Shown piece after piece: positions 40,102 to 47,439 of a stretch of 48,720 nt of DNA. Origin of the DNA: a virus (taxonomy: Duplodnaviria > Heunggongvirae > Uroviricota > Caudoviricetes); IMG/VR virus record IMGVR_UViG_2541047815_000004. One strand, written 5' to 3'. Both the position numbers and the translations under genes were made by a program. The number at the start of each line of letters is the position of its first letter. Positions within the stretch are counted from its first letter, which is position 1. The notes below the pieces were generated by a model. The model made no database searches and had not been told where the DNA came from. It worked only from the letters and a program-made list of their open reading frames with translations.

Positions 40102-40503
40102 TTATCCCTGATAAAATGCCAGTATGCGCTGCATAACTTCACTCATCCGGCACTCGCGACAGATTATGTTTAGGCGACTGTCGTAGCGACGTATTTCTCC
40201 ATCAGGTAACGACCAGATAAGGTCCGGATCAACCACAGCTGTTTTCTTCACCTTTGCCCTCGAGAGTTTTTTGCGGGCGTTTTGCCAGTCCTTACGCGCC
40301 TGTTCAGACGGGAATAACCCGTAGCCGGAGTTGTATACATCGCCACTGGCTACCAGCTCTCTGGCAAGAACGCTCATCAGATATCTAGTCGCACCTGTTT
40401 TAGCTTCCAGTTGCCGTAACGTCTCACGACCGCTCTGGCGCACGAGTTCCACCACCTGCCCTTTAATTTTTTCCCGCTCTTCTTGTGTAAAAACTTTTGC
40501 CAC
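40102..40503 (-). CDS. Hypothetical 133-aa basic protein, GTG start with strong AGGGGGA Shine-Dalgarno
   Basis: Between the O-like replication gene and the ATPase; Lys/Arg-rich, possible HTH; no homologue recognised. Confidence 0.45.
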   Translation of the reverse strand: MAKVFTQEEREKIKGQVVELVRQSGRETLRQLEAKTGATRYLMSVLARELVASGDVYNSGYGLFPSEQARKDWQNARKKLSRAKVKKTAVVDPDLIWSLPDGEIRRYDSRLNIICRECRMSEVMQRILAFYQG

Positions 40504-40543
40504 AAGTCCCCCTTAAAATTACCTCATGACCTGAAATCAAAAC

Positions 40544-41509
40544 TTATCCTCTGAAACCAGGCGGAATTTCTGTATCCGGTTCAGAAATATGATTAACACA
40601 ACGCTGTACAGGTGAACGCCCTAGGCGGATGACCAGTTCGTCCCATTTTTCGCGGAGCTTTGACGGGCTCATGATGTTTTTTACCCAGAATGGATCCCGC
40701 TGTACCCGACCAAACATTTCACAAATTTGTCTGTGGCTTCTGCCATCCAGCATCCGCATTGTGCGCACATCATTGGCCCAGACAGTCCAGTTAGGCTCTT
40801 TTGGTCGCATGATCTCGCCATCATCACTGGCGGCCTGTTCGTAGAGACCCACGATCCGCCCCCATATCCACTGCGCACACGCCAGATCCTCCTGGCTACC
40901 CCACTGGCGTTTTTTCGCACTAAACACAACTGCGCCAGGGTGCCGGATTAAAAAATCCTGTTCAGCCGTCTGCGGGTCCGGTTGCGAAGCTTCCGGACGA
41001 AAAGTGTTTTTATTCTCTGTAGTAATCTCTGTTGTATTCTCTGTAGGATCATCGGGCCATTTTGACCCGATGACATTGGGTCGTTTTGAACCAATGGAGC
41101 GTTTCATTTTGACCTCTTCCATCGTGTCATTTTGACCTGATGGAGCGGCGCATTTTGAACCGATGGATTCGCTCAATTTGCCATCATCTAAAAGCTCGCT
41201 CCCATAGTTAATCGTGTAGAAATTGGTCATATCGCGCTTTGATTTATTGAGCTTTTCACAACGCAAAAGCCCCAGCGTTTTCAGACTTGCAAACGCGCGC
41301 TTTAACGTTGACTCTGACCAGAATGGGAACTGTTCCAGCCATTGTTCCGTTGTGTTGTAAATCCAGCGAACACCATCACATTCCATGCCGGAATTGGTAT
41401 CTCTCAACCAGTAATGCAACTGCTGCAACACAATGGCTTCATTTAAGCCAATCTTCATCGCAAGCTGTGTGTTTATAACCAGTGGGCGTTCAGCAAAAAG
41501 AAGGCTCAT
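40544..41509 (-). CDS. Replication initiator, lambda O-like N-terminal domain, about 321 aa from Met19
   Basis: N-terminus MSLLFAERPLVINTQLAMKIGLNEAIVLQQLHYWL resembles the gpO N-terminal domain; gene contains an internal iteron array and AT-rich stretch like ori-lambda. Confidence 0.6.
   Translation of the reverse strand: MSLLFAERPLVINTQLAMKIGLNEAIVLQQLHYWLRDTNSGMECDGVRWIYNTTEQWLEQFPFWSESTLKRAFASLKTLGLLRCEKLNKSKRDMTNFYTINYGSELLDDGKLSESIGSKCAAPSGQNDTMEEVKMKRSIGSKRPNVIGSKWPDDPTENTTEITTENKNTFRPEASQPDPQTAEQDFLIRHPGAVVFSAKKRQWGSQEDLACAQWIWGRIVGLYEQAASDDGEIMRPKEPNWTVWANDVRTMRMLDGRSHRQICEMFGRVQRDPFWVKNIMSPSKLREKWDELVIRLGRSPVQRCVNHISEPDTEIPPGFRG
41058..41173. repeat. Five direct iterons (consensus CATTTTGACCnGATGGAGCG) at 23-bp periodicity: candidate replication origin inside the O-like gene
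   Basis: Copies start at 41058, 41082, 41105, 41128 and 41151; flanked at 41006-41046 by an AT-rich stretch with two TTCTCTGTAG repeats. Confidence 0.6.
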
Positions 41510-42011
41510 AATTCCATCCAGCTTTTTGTTGGTATTGCTGTCGATACGCAAGTTTGAAAGCAATTGCTTTTTCTATAAGTTCGTCAGTTTCACGATCCAC
41601 TACGGCAGGATCAGCAAAAAGCAGTCCGGACTCCACCACATCGCCATATTCTTTGTTTAACCCGGCGATCATGTACGTGATGCTTTTTCCGTCACTAATT
41701 TCACGATACAACCTGAAATCATTAATCCGGATAGCCTCCATAATTGCAGGCACTAGCGCCGTGAACTTTTCACGCTTATCCCTGGTGTCGATAGCCTTCC
41801 AGCGTTCGAATATCTTCACTCGATTAACGCCAAGCGCTCGCTGATCAACCGCGCCACCTTCATCTGTGACACGCTGAACATCGATGTTCGGGCGCTCTTT
41901 CAAAGCCCAGAATGCTTCAGTGATTAATATCGTCGCCTGCTCCTGTGTCATTCCTGGTCGACATATCCAGGCATCCAGAGCCTCACGAGCCTGTTCAGGA
42001 GTGATTTTCAT
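41490..42011 (-). CDS. YdaT-like protein, 173 aa, in cII-equivalent position
   Basis: Directly downstream of the Cro-like gene; internal segment KIFERWKAIDTRDKREKFTALVPAIMEAI resembles Rac YdaT as recalled. Confidence 0.5.
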   Translation of the reverse strand: MKITPEQAREALDAWICRPGMTQEQATILITEAFWALKERPNIDVQRVTDEGGAVDQRALGVNRVKIFERWKAIDTRDKREKFTALVPAIMEAIRINDFRLYREISDGKSITYMIAGLNKEYGDVVESGLLFADPAVVDRETDELIEKAIAFKLAYRQQYQQKAGWNYEPSFC

Positions 42012-42222
42012 TGTTCAACCGCCCCGCCCGCTTCGTCTTACGATATTCGTCATAAACCTTGGGATCATACAGAAGCTCGCCGCCAGATGCCTCCTGTAGA
42101 CGCATCGCGCGACCTTCAGGAACTAGCTCTTGCCATTGAGAAACAGCAGATGGGTCAACGCCAGCAGCTTTCGCTACTTTGGCTTTCGTACCGTAAAAAT
42201 TAATTACGTCTGATTTAAACAT
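41995..42222 (-). CDS. dicC: Cro-like (YdaS/DicC family) transcriptional regulator, about 75 aa from Met10
   Basis: C-terminal half LVPEGRAMRLQEASGGEL.YDPKVYDEYRKTKRAGRLNNENHS matches DicC as recalled; divergent from dicA. Confidence 0.75.
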   Translation of the reverse strand: MFKSDVINFYGTKAKVAKAAGVDPSAVSQWQELVPEGRAMRLQEASGGELLYDPKVYDEYRKTKRAGRLNNENHS

Positions 42223-42234
42223 CGCACCTCCAAT

Positions 42235-42250
42235 ATTGAGTTTTCTCAAT
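42235..42250. promoter_or_regulatory. Candidate operator palindrome in the dicC-dicA divergent intergenic region
   Basis: Perfect inverted repeat ATTGAG-TTTT-CTCAAT, followed by three TCAAG(G) direct repeats at 42260-42280. Confidence 0.4.
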
Positions 42251-42299
42251 GCTAATCACTCAAGGAATCTCAAGTCAAGGGTTATTAAGATATCTAAAT

Positions 42300-42707
42300 A
42301 TGAACGAGAAAACTTTAGGTCAACGCATTAGAGAAAGACGTAAGCAGGTAGGCTTAAGTCAAAACGGTTTAAGCAAAGCTGCTGGCGTATCTGGCTCATC
42401 AATTTCATTATGGGAAAGTGACCATACAGCCCCGCGCGGGCAAAATTTGCATCGCCTCGCCGAGGTATTGCAATGTTCACCAACCTGGATACTGTTTGGC
42501 GACGAGGACAAAACACCAGCTCCCCCTGTTTCACTCGATAGTGCCTTAGACTTATCGGAAGATGAGTTAGAGATGCTGCGTTTGTATCGCGCACTTCCTA
42601 AATCAGAGCAACAAGCACAACTCAGCGAACTCCGCGCCCGCGTTGAGAATTTTAATCGCCTGTTCACCGAGCTATTAGAGGCTCGCAAACGCAACAAGCA
42701 TCAATAA
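42300..42707 (+). CDS. dicA: Prophage repressor, HTH XRE family (P22 C2-like), 135 aa from Met18
   Basis: HTH segment LSQNGLSKAAGVSGSSISLWESD and C-terminus VLQCSPTWILFGDEDK...RARVENFNRLFTELLEARKRNK match DicA as recalled. Confidence 0.85.
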   Translation: MNEKTLGQRIRERRKQVGLSQNGLSKAAGVSGSSISLWESDHTAPRGQNLHRLAEVLQCSPTWILFGDEDKTPAPPVSLDSALDLSEDELEMLRLYRALPKSEQQAQLSELRARVENFNRLFTELLEARKRNKHQ

Positions 42708-42899
42708 TCATCCCTTCACAAAATTTTAAAGCCTTACATTTCAATGTATTGGCTTTATCTTGCGCCAATGCTTGAGTTTTCTCATCAAAAAACCTTGACG
42801 AAAAATAATGAGAAAACTAAATTACCTCCATCAACACACCGCACGGTGTTCTCAGCAAACAGTTCCGCTACCCCGGCGTTAAGGGGAAATGAGGTCAGC

Positions 42900-43055
42900 A
42901 TGGATACTATCGATCTTGGCAACAGCGAATCTCTGGTATGTGGCGTGTTCCCCAACCAGGACGGCACGTTCACCGCGATGACGTATACCAAAAGCAAAAC
43001 GTTTAAAACCGAAAATGGTGCCCGTCGCTGGCTGGAAAGAAACTCAGGTGAGTGA
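42900..43055 (+). CDS. ydfA: YdfA, 51 aa
   Basis: MDTIDLGNSESLVCGVFPNQDGTFTAMTYTKSKTFKTENGARRWLERNSGE; Shine-Dalgarno GAGG. Confidence 0.7.
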   Translation: MDTIDLGNSESLVCGVFPNQDGTFTAMTYTKSKTFKTENGARRWLERNSGE

Positions 43056-43056
43056 T

Positions 43057-43632
43057 ATGGATTTCGACACAATCATGGAAAAGGCTTACGAAGAATACTT
43101 CGAAGGCCTTGCCGAAGGCGAAGAAGCTCTCAGCTTCAGTGAGTTTAAACAGGCACTCAGAATAAGAATGTGCTCTCACAATGACGCAGAGCACAAATAT
43201 GAGAAGCAAAATCAGACCGCAGAAAATTTTGTTCTGGAACCCGGAGAAACGCTTTTCAAAATTCCCGTTACGTGCCCCATTTGCGGTTTTACATCAGAAG
43301 AACTTGACGACTCCTGTAACAATCAGGAAACAACCAAGTATGTCGAAGATGATACCGAGTGCGCACGAAGAACGATTATATCCACGAGTCCAAACTCCAG
43401 GACCAATAAATCTCACTTTGAGAGGGTGATTAATCCACTCCCCCAAACCAATAAAAAAGATGCCGGAGGACAAAAAACCCAATGGAACAACGGGATATCT
43501 GTCAAAAAAAGACGTTCCATTAAAGACAAACAACGCAGCGCCAACAACTGTAAGCGCTTTATACCAGTAATCAATTTTCATGTTCTTAAGCGGATTTATA
43601 GGTGGTTGCGACATTGCTTAATGAATCCTTAA
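43057..43632 (+). CDS. ydfB: Contiguous 191-aa ORF covering the region K-12 annotates as two genes, ydfB and ydfC; contains a CPICG zinc-ribbon-like motif
   Basis: Starts MDFDTIMEKAYEEYFEGLAEG (YdfB-like) and continues through RMCSHNDAEHKYEKQNQTAENFVLEPGETLFKIPVTCPICGF (YdfC-like) without a stop. Confidence 0.55.
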   Translation: MDFDTIMEKAYEEYFEGLAEGEEALSFSEFKQALRIRMCSHNDAEHKYEKQNQTAENFVLEPGETLFKIPVTCPICGFTSEELDDSCNNQETTKYVEDDTECARRTIISTSPNSRTNKSHFERVINPLPQTNKKDAGGQKTQWNNGISVKKRRSIKDKQRSANNCKRFIPVINFHVLKRIYRWLRHCLMNP

Positions 43633-43891
43633 AACTGTGGTGATTTTAAGGATACCACCTCGCCTGACGTGGTTAAAAGCAGGCACACAACACGAAAGCG
43701 CACGGCGAAGTTCGTCTCACTGTACGGTGTCGTTAAATTTAATTCGACCGTGCGCTTCCGGTTGTGGCAACCCGCGAAATGGCGCGGCGGTAAGTATGGC
43801 GGGGTTATTCCTTCCCCGTAGAGGACACCGAGTTGTCAGGTTGACCATACGCTTAAGTGACAACCCCGCTGCAACGCCCTCTGTTATCAAT

Positions 43892-43944
43892 TTTCTGGTG
43901 ACGTTTGGCGGTATCAGTTTTACTCCGTGACTGCTCTGCCGCCG
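43892..43944 (+). ncRNA. dicF: DicF small RNA (ftsZ-targeting sRNA processed from the dicB operon transcript)
   Basis: Sequence TTTCTGGTGACGTTTGGCGGTATCAGTTTTACTCCGTGACTGCTCTGCCGCC followed by TTTTT matches DicF as recalled; between ydfC and dicB. Confidence 0.8.
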
Positions 43945-44118
43945 TTTTTAAAGTGAGTTTTGTGATGCGGTGAATGCGGCTAAGCGCACGCGGAACAGTT
44001 AAAACCAAAAACAGTGTTATGGGTGGATTCTCTGTATCCGGCGTTAATTGTTAACTGGTTAACGTCACCTGGAGGCACCAGGCACTGCATCACAAAATTC
44101 ATTGTTGAGGACGCGATA

Positions 44119-44307
44119 ATGAAAACGTTATTACCAAACGTTAATACGTCTGAAGGTTGTTTTGAAATTGGTGTCACTATCAGTAACCCTGTATTTACTG
44201 AAGATGCCATTAACAAGAGAAAACAAGAACGGGAGCTATTAAATAAAATATGCATTGTTTCAATGCTGGCTCGTTTACGTCTGATGCCAAAAGGATGTGC
44301 ACAATGA
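44119..44307 (+). CDS. dicB: Cell division inhibitor DicB, 62 aa
   Basis: MKTLLPNVNTSEGCFEIGVTISNPVFTEDAINKRKQERELLNKICIVSMLARLRLMPKGCAQ; GAGGA Shine-Dalgarno. Confidence 0.85.
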   Translation: MKTLLPNVNTSEGCFEIGVTISNPVFTEDAINKRKQERELLNKICIVSMLARLRLMPKGCAQ

Positions 44308-44495
44308 ATTCAGCATTTGCGCTTGTTCTGACAGTTTTTCTTGTTTCCGGAGAGCCAGTTGATATTGCAGTCAGTGTTCACAGGACAATGCAGGAGTGTA
44401 TGACTGCAGCAACCGAACAGAAAATTCCCGGTAACTGTTACCCAGTCGATAAAGTTATTCACCAGGATAATATCGAAATCCCGGCAGGTCTTTAA
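44304..44495 (+). CDS. ydfD: YdfD small membrane/lysis protein, 63 aa
   Basis: MNSAFALVLTVFLVSGEPVDIAVSV... with N-terminal transmembrane segment; start overlaps the dicB stop (ATGA). Confidence 0.75.
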   Translation: MNSAFALVLTVFLVSGEPVDIAVSVHRTMQECMTAATEQKIPGNCYPVDKVIHQDNIEIPAGL

Positions 44496-44588
44496 AACAG
44501 TTCCGTAATAAATATCCGGTTTCATTCTTATATGCCAGCAATGGCAGGGATTTGTTCATCCTTAAATCTGTCATGAGGTTAAAACAAA

Positions 44589-47081
44589 ATGAGTAAAGTC
44601 TTTATTTGCGCCGCTATTCCTGACGAACTGGCAACAAGGGAAGAAGGCGCTGTGGCTGTAGCCACAGCCATTGAAGCTGGCGACGAACGCCGTGCTCGAG
44701 CAAAATTTCACTGGCAGTTCCTGGAACATTATCCGGCTGCTCAGGACTGCGCTTATAAATTTATTGTCTGCGAGGATAAACCTGGCATACCCCGCCCTGC
44801 CCTCGATTCATGGGATGCTGAATATATGCAGGAAAACCGCTGGGATGAGGAGTCTGCTTCTTTTGTCCCGGTTGAGACTGAATCCGATCCGATGAACGTC
44901 ACTTTTGACAAGCTGGCCCCTGAAGTACAGAACGCTGTCATGGTTAAGTTCGACACATGTGAAAACATCACCGTTGATATGGTTATTAGCGCACAGGAAT
45001 TGTTGCAGGAAGACATGGCAACATTCGACGGACATATCGTTGAAGCGTTGATGAAAATGCCAGAAGTTAACGCCATGTATCCGGAGCTTAAGTTGCACGC
45101 CATTGGGTGGGTTAAGCATAAATGTATTCCTGATGCTAAATGGCCCGAAATTCAGGCAGAGATGCGCATCTGGAAAAAACGTCGCGAAGGTGAACGCAAG
45201 GAAACCGGAAAATACACGTCTGTTGTTGATCTCGCCCGCGCCAAAGCCAATCAACAGTACACTGAAAATTCAACAGGAAAAATCAGCCCGGTCATTGCTG
45301 CCATTCATCGCGAATACAAGCAGACATGGAAAACACTGGATGACGAACTGGCCTACGCTCTCTGGCCTGGTGATGTGGATGCCGGAAACATTGACGGCAG
45401 CATCCATCGCTGGGCAAAAAAAGAAGTTATCGACAACGACCGCGAAGACTGGAAGCGTATCTCGGCATCAATGCGCAAACAGCCTGATGCCCTTCGCTAC
45501 GACCGCCAAACTATTTTTGGCCTTGTCCGTGAGCGTCCGATCGACATTCACAAAGATCCCGTAGCACTGAACAAATATATCTGCGAATACCTGACGACAA
45601 AGGGCGTGTTTGAGAATGAAGAAACAGACCCGGGCACTGTTGATGTTCTCCAGTCATCAGAAACACAAACTGATGCAGTGGAAACCGAGGTATCTGATAT
45701 CCCAAAAAATGAAACCGCGCCGGAAGCTGAACCATCTGTAGAGCGTGAGGGGCCGTTCTATTTCCTCTTCGCAGATAAGGACGGAGAAAAATACGGTCGC
45801 GCAAACAAACTTTCTGGTCTGGATAAGGCACTGGCTGCTGGCGCCACTGAAATCACAAAAGAAGAATATTTTGCCCGAAAAAATGGCACATACACGGGCT
45901 TACCGCAAAATGTAGATACCGCTGAAGATTCAGAACAACCAGAGCCGATAAAAGTTACCGCTGACGAAGTAAACAAAATTATGCAGGCAGCCAATATCAG
46001 CCAGCCTGACGCCGATAAGTTGCTTGCTGCATCACGTGGTGAATTTGTTGAAGGGATTAGTGACCCGAATGATCCGAAATGGGTTAAGGGGATCCAGACC
46101 CGCGATTCTGTGAACCAGAACCAGCATGAATCGGAACGGAACTACCAAAAAGCGGAACGGAACTACCAAAAAGCGGAACAAAACAGCCCAAATGCGTTAC
46201 AAAACGAGCCAGAAACGAAACAGCCTGAACCAGTGGCGCAACAGGAAGTGGAAAAAGTCTGCACCGCCTGCGGTCAGACCGGCGGCGGCAACTGCCCTGA
46301 TTGTGGCGCGGTGATGGGCGACGCAACATACCAGGAAACATTCGATGAAGAGTATCAGGTTGAAGTTCAGGAAGATGATCCGGAGGAAATGGAAGGCGCT
46401 GAACATCCACACAAGGAGAACACTGGCGGCAATCAGCATCACGATAGCGATAATGAAACTAGCGAGACGGCAGATCGCTCAATTAAGGTGAACGGTCATC
46501 ACGAAATCACATCCACCAGCAGGACGTGTGACCATCTAATGATCGACCTTGAAACCATGGGAAAAAATCCTGATGCCCCGATCATCTCAATAGGTGCAAT
46601 ATTTTTCGATCCGCAAACCGGAGATATGGGACCGGAATTTAGTAAGACTATCGATCTGGAAACTACTGGCGGAGTCATTGATCGGGACACCATTAAATGG
46701 TGGCTTAAGCAATCACGCGAAGCGCAATCTGCCATTATGACCGATGAAATCCCGTTAGATGATGCACTGTTACAATTGCGGGAATTTATCGACGAAAACT
46801 CCGGTGAATTTTTTGTTCAGGTCTGGGGAAATGGAGCCAACTTCGACAACACGATTTTGCGCCGTTCATACGAGCGGCAGGGGATCCCCTGCCCGTGGCG
46901 TTACTACAACGATCGCGATGTACGCACAATCGTTGAGCTGGGGAAAGCCATAGACTTCGATGCCAGAACGGCTATTCCATTCGAAGGTGAGCGCCATAAT
47001 GCACTTGATGACGCCCGTTACCAGGCAAAATACGTTTCAGTTATCTGGCAAAAACTGATCCCGAGTCAGGCTGATTCTTAA
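44589..47081 (+). CDS. ydfE: Full-length YdfE-like protein, 830 aa: N-terminal YdfE domain, acidic repeat-containing linker, Cys4 zinc ribbon, C-terminal DEDDh (DnaQ-like) 3'-5' exonuclease domain
   Basis: N-terminus MSKVFICAAIPDELATREEG recognised as YdfE; CTACGQTGGGNCPDCG zinc ribbon; exonuclease motifs MIDLETMG, VWGNGANFD, HNALDDARYQA. Confidence 0.7.
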   Translation: MSKVFICAAIPDELATREEGAVAVATAIEAGDERRARAKFHWQFLEHYPAAQDCAYKFIVCEDKPGIPRPALDSWDAEYMQENRWDEESASFVPVETESDPMNVTFDKLAPEVQNAVMVKFDTCENITVDMVISAQELLQEDMATFDGHIVEALMKMPEVNAMYPELKLHAIGWVKHKCIPDAKWPEIQAEMRIWKKRREGERKETGKYTSVVDLARAKANQQYTENSTGKISPVIAAIHREYKQTWKTLDDELAYALWPGDVDAGNIDGSIHRWAKKEVIDNDREDWKRISASMRKQPDALRYDRQTIFGLVRERPIDIHKDPVALNKYICEYLTTKGVFENEETDPGTVDVLQSSETQTDAVETEVSDIPKNETAPEAEPSVEREGPFYFLFADKDGEKYGRANKLSGLDKALAAGATEITKEEYFARKNGTYTGLPQNVDTAEDSEQPEPIKVTADEVNKIMQAANISQPDADKLLAASRGEFVEGISDPNDPKWVKGIQTRDSVNQNQHESERNYQKAERNYQKAEQNSPNALQNEPETKQPEPVAQQEVEKVCTACGQTGGGNCPDCGAVMGDATYQETFDEEYQVEVQEDDPEEMEGAEHPHKENTGGNQHHDSDNETSETADRSIKVNGHHEITSTSRTCDHLMIDLETMGKNPDAPIISIGAIFFDPQTGDMGPEFSKTIDLETTGGVIDRDTIKWWLKQSREAQSAIMTDEIPLDDALLQLREFIDENSGEFFVQVWGNGANFDNTILRRSYERQGIPCPWRYYNDRDVRTIVELGKAIDFDARTAIPFEGERHNALDDARYQAKYVSVIWQKLIPSQADS
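46132..46184. repeat. Perfect 21-bp tandem repeat (CGGAACGGAACTACCAAAAAG x2 plus a partial third copy) inside the ydfE-like gene
   Basis: Encodes ERNYQKA-ERNYQKA in frame. Confidence 0.85.
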
Positions 47082-47153
47082 TGTTCAACTGTCGCCGGTT
47101 GTGACTGGTATTCTGCAACCGGCGCTCGTCTGATGTAAGAGATAAAGAAATCG

Positions 47154-47405
47154 ATGAGCGAAGTAATCATGATTGTCTCTCCCGGCAAATGGGTATCCGA
47201 AGAGCAGTTAATTGCGCTGAAAGGAATAAAAAAAGGTACGTTAAAAAAGGCCCGGGAAAAATCGTTTATGGAAGGAAGGGAATATAAGCATGTCGCTCAT
47301 GACGGTATGCCATGGGATAACAGTCCATGCTTTTACAACCTGGAAGAAATTGATCGCTGGATTGAGCGCCAGGCATCAGCAAGACCAAGACGTCATCTTA
47401 CTTGA
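47154..47405 (+). CDS. Excisionase-like small DNA-binding protein, 83 aa
   Basis: Small basic ORF immediately upstream of the integrase, as in xis-int operons; no motif verified. Confidence 0.5.
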   Translation: MSEVIMIVSPGKWVSEEQLIALKGIKKGTLKKAREKSFMEGREYKHVAHDGMPWDNSPCFYNLEEIDRWIERQASARPRRHLT

Positions 47406-47439
47406 CTAAAAGCCACACTAACTAATGAGAGAAGTTGAA

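Noticed and set aside
44753-45254. Minus-strand ORFs of 116 and 148 aa inside the ydfE-like gene
   Set aside because: Antisense to an 830-aa ORF with recognisable domains; no support.
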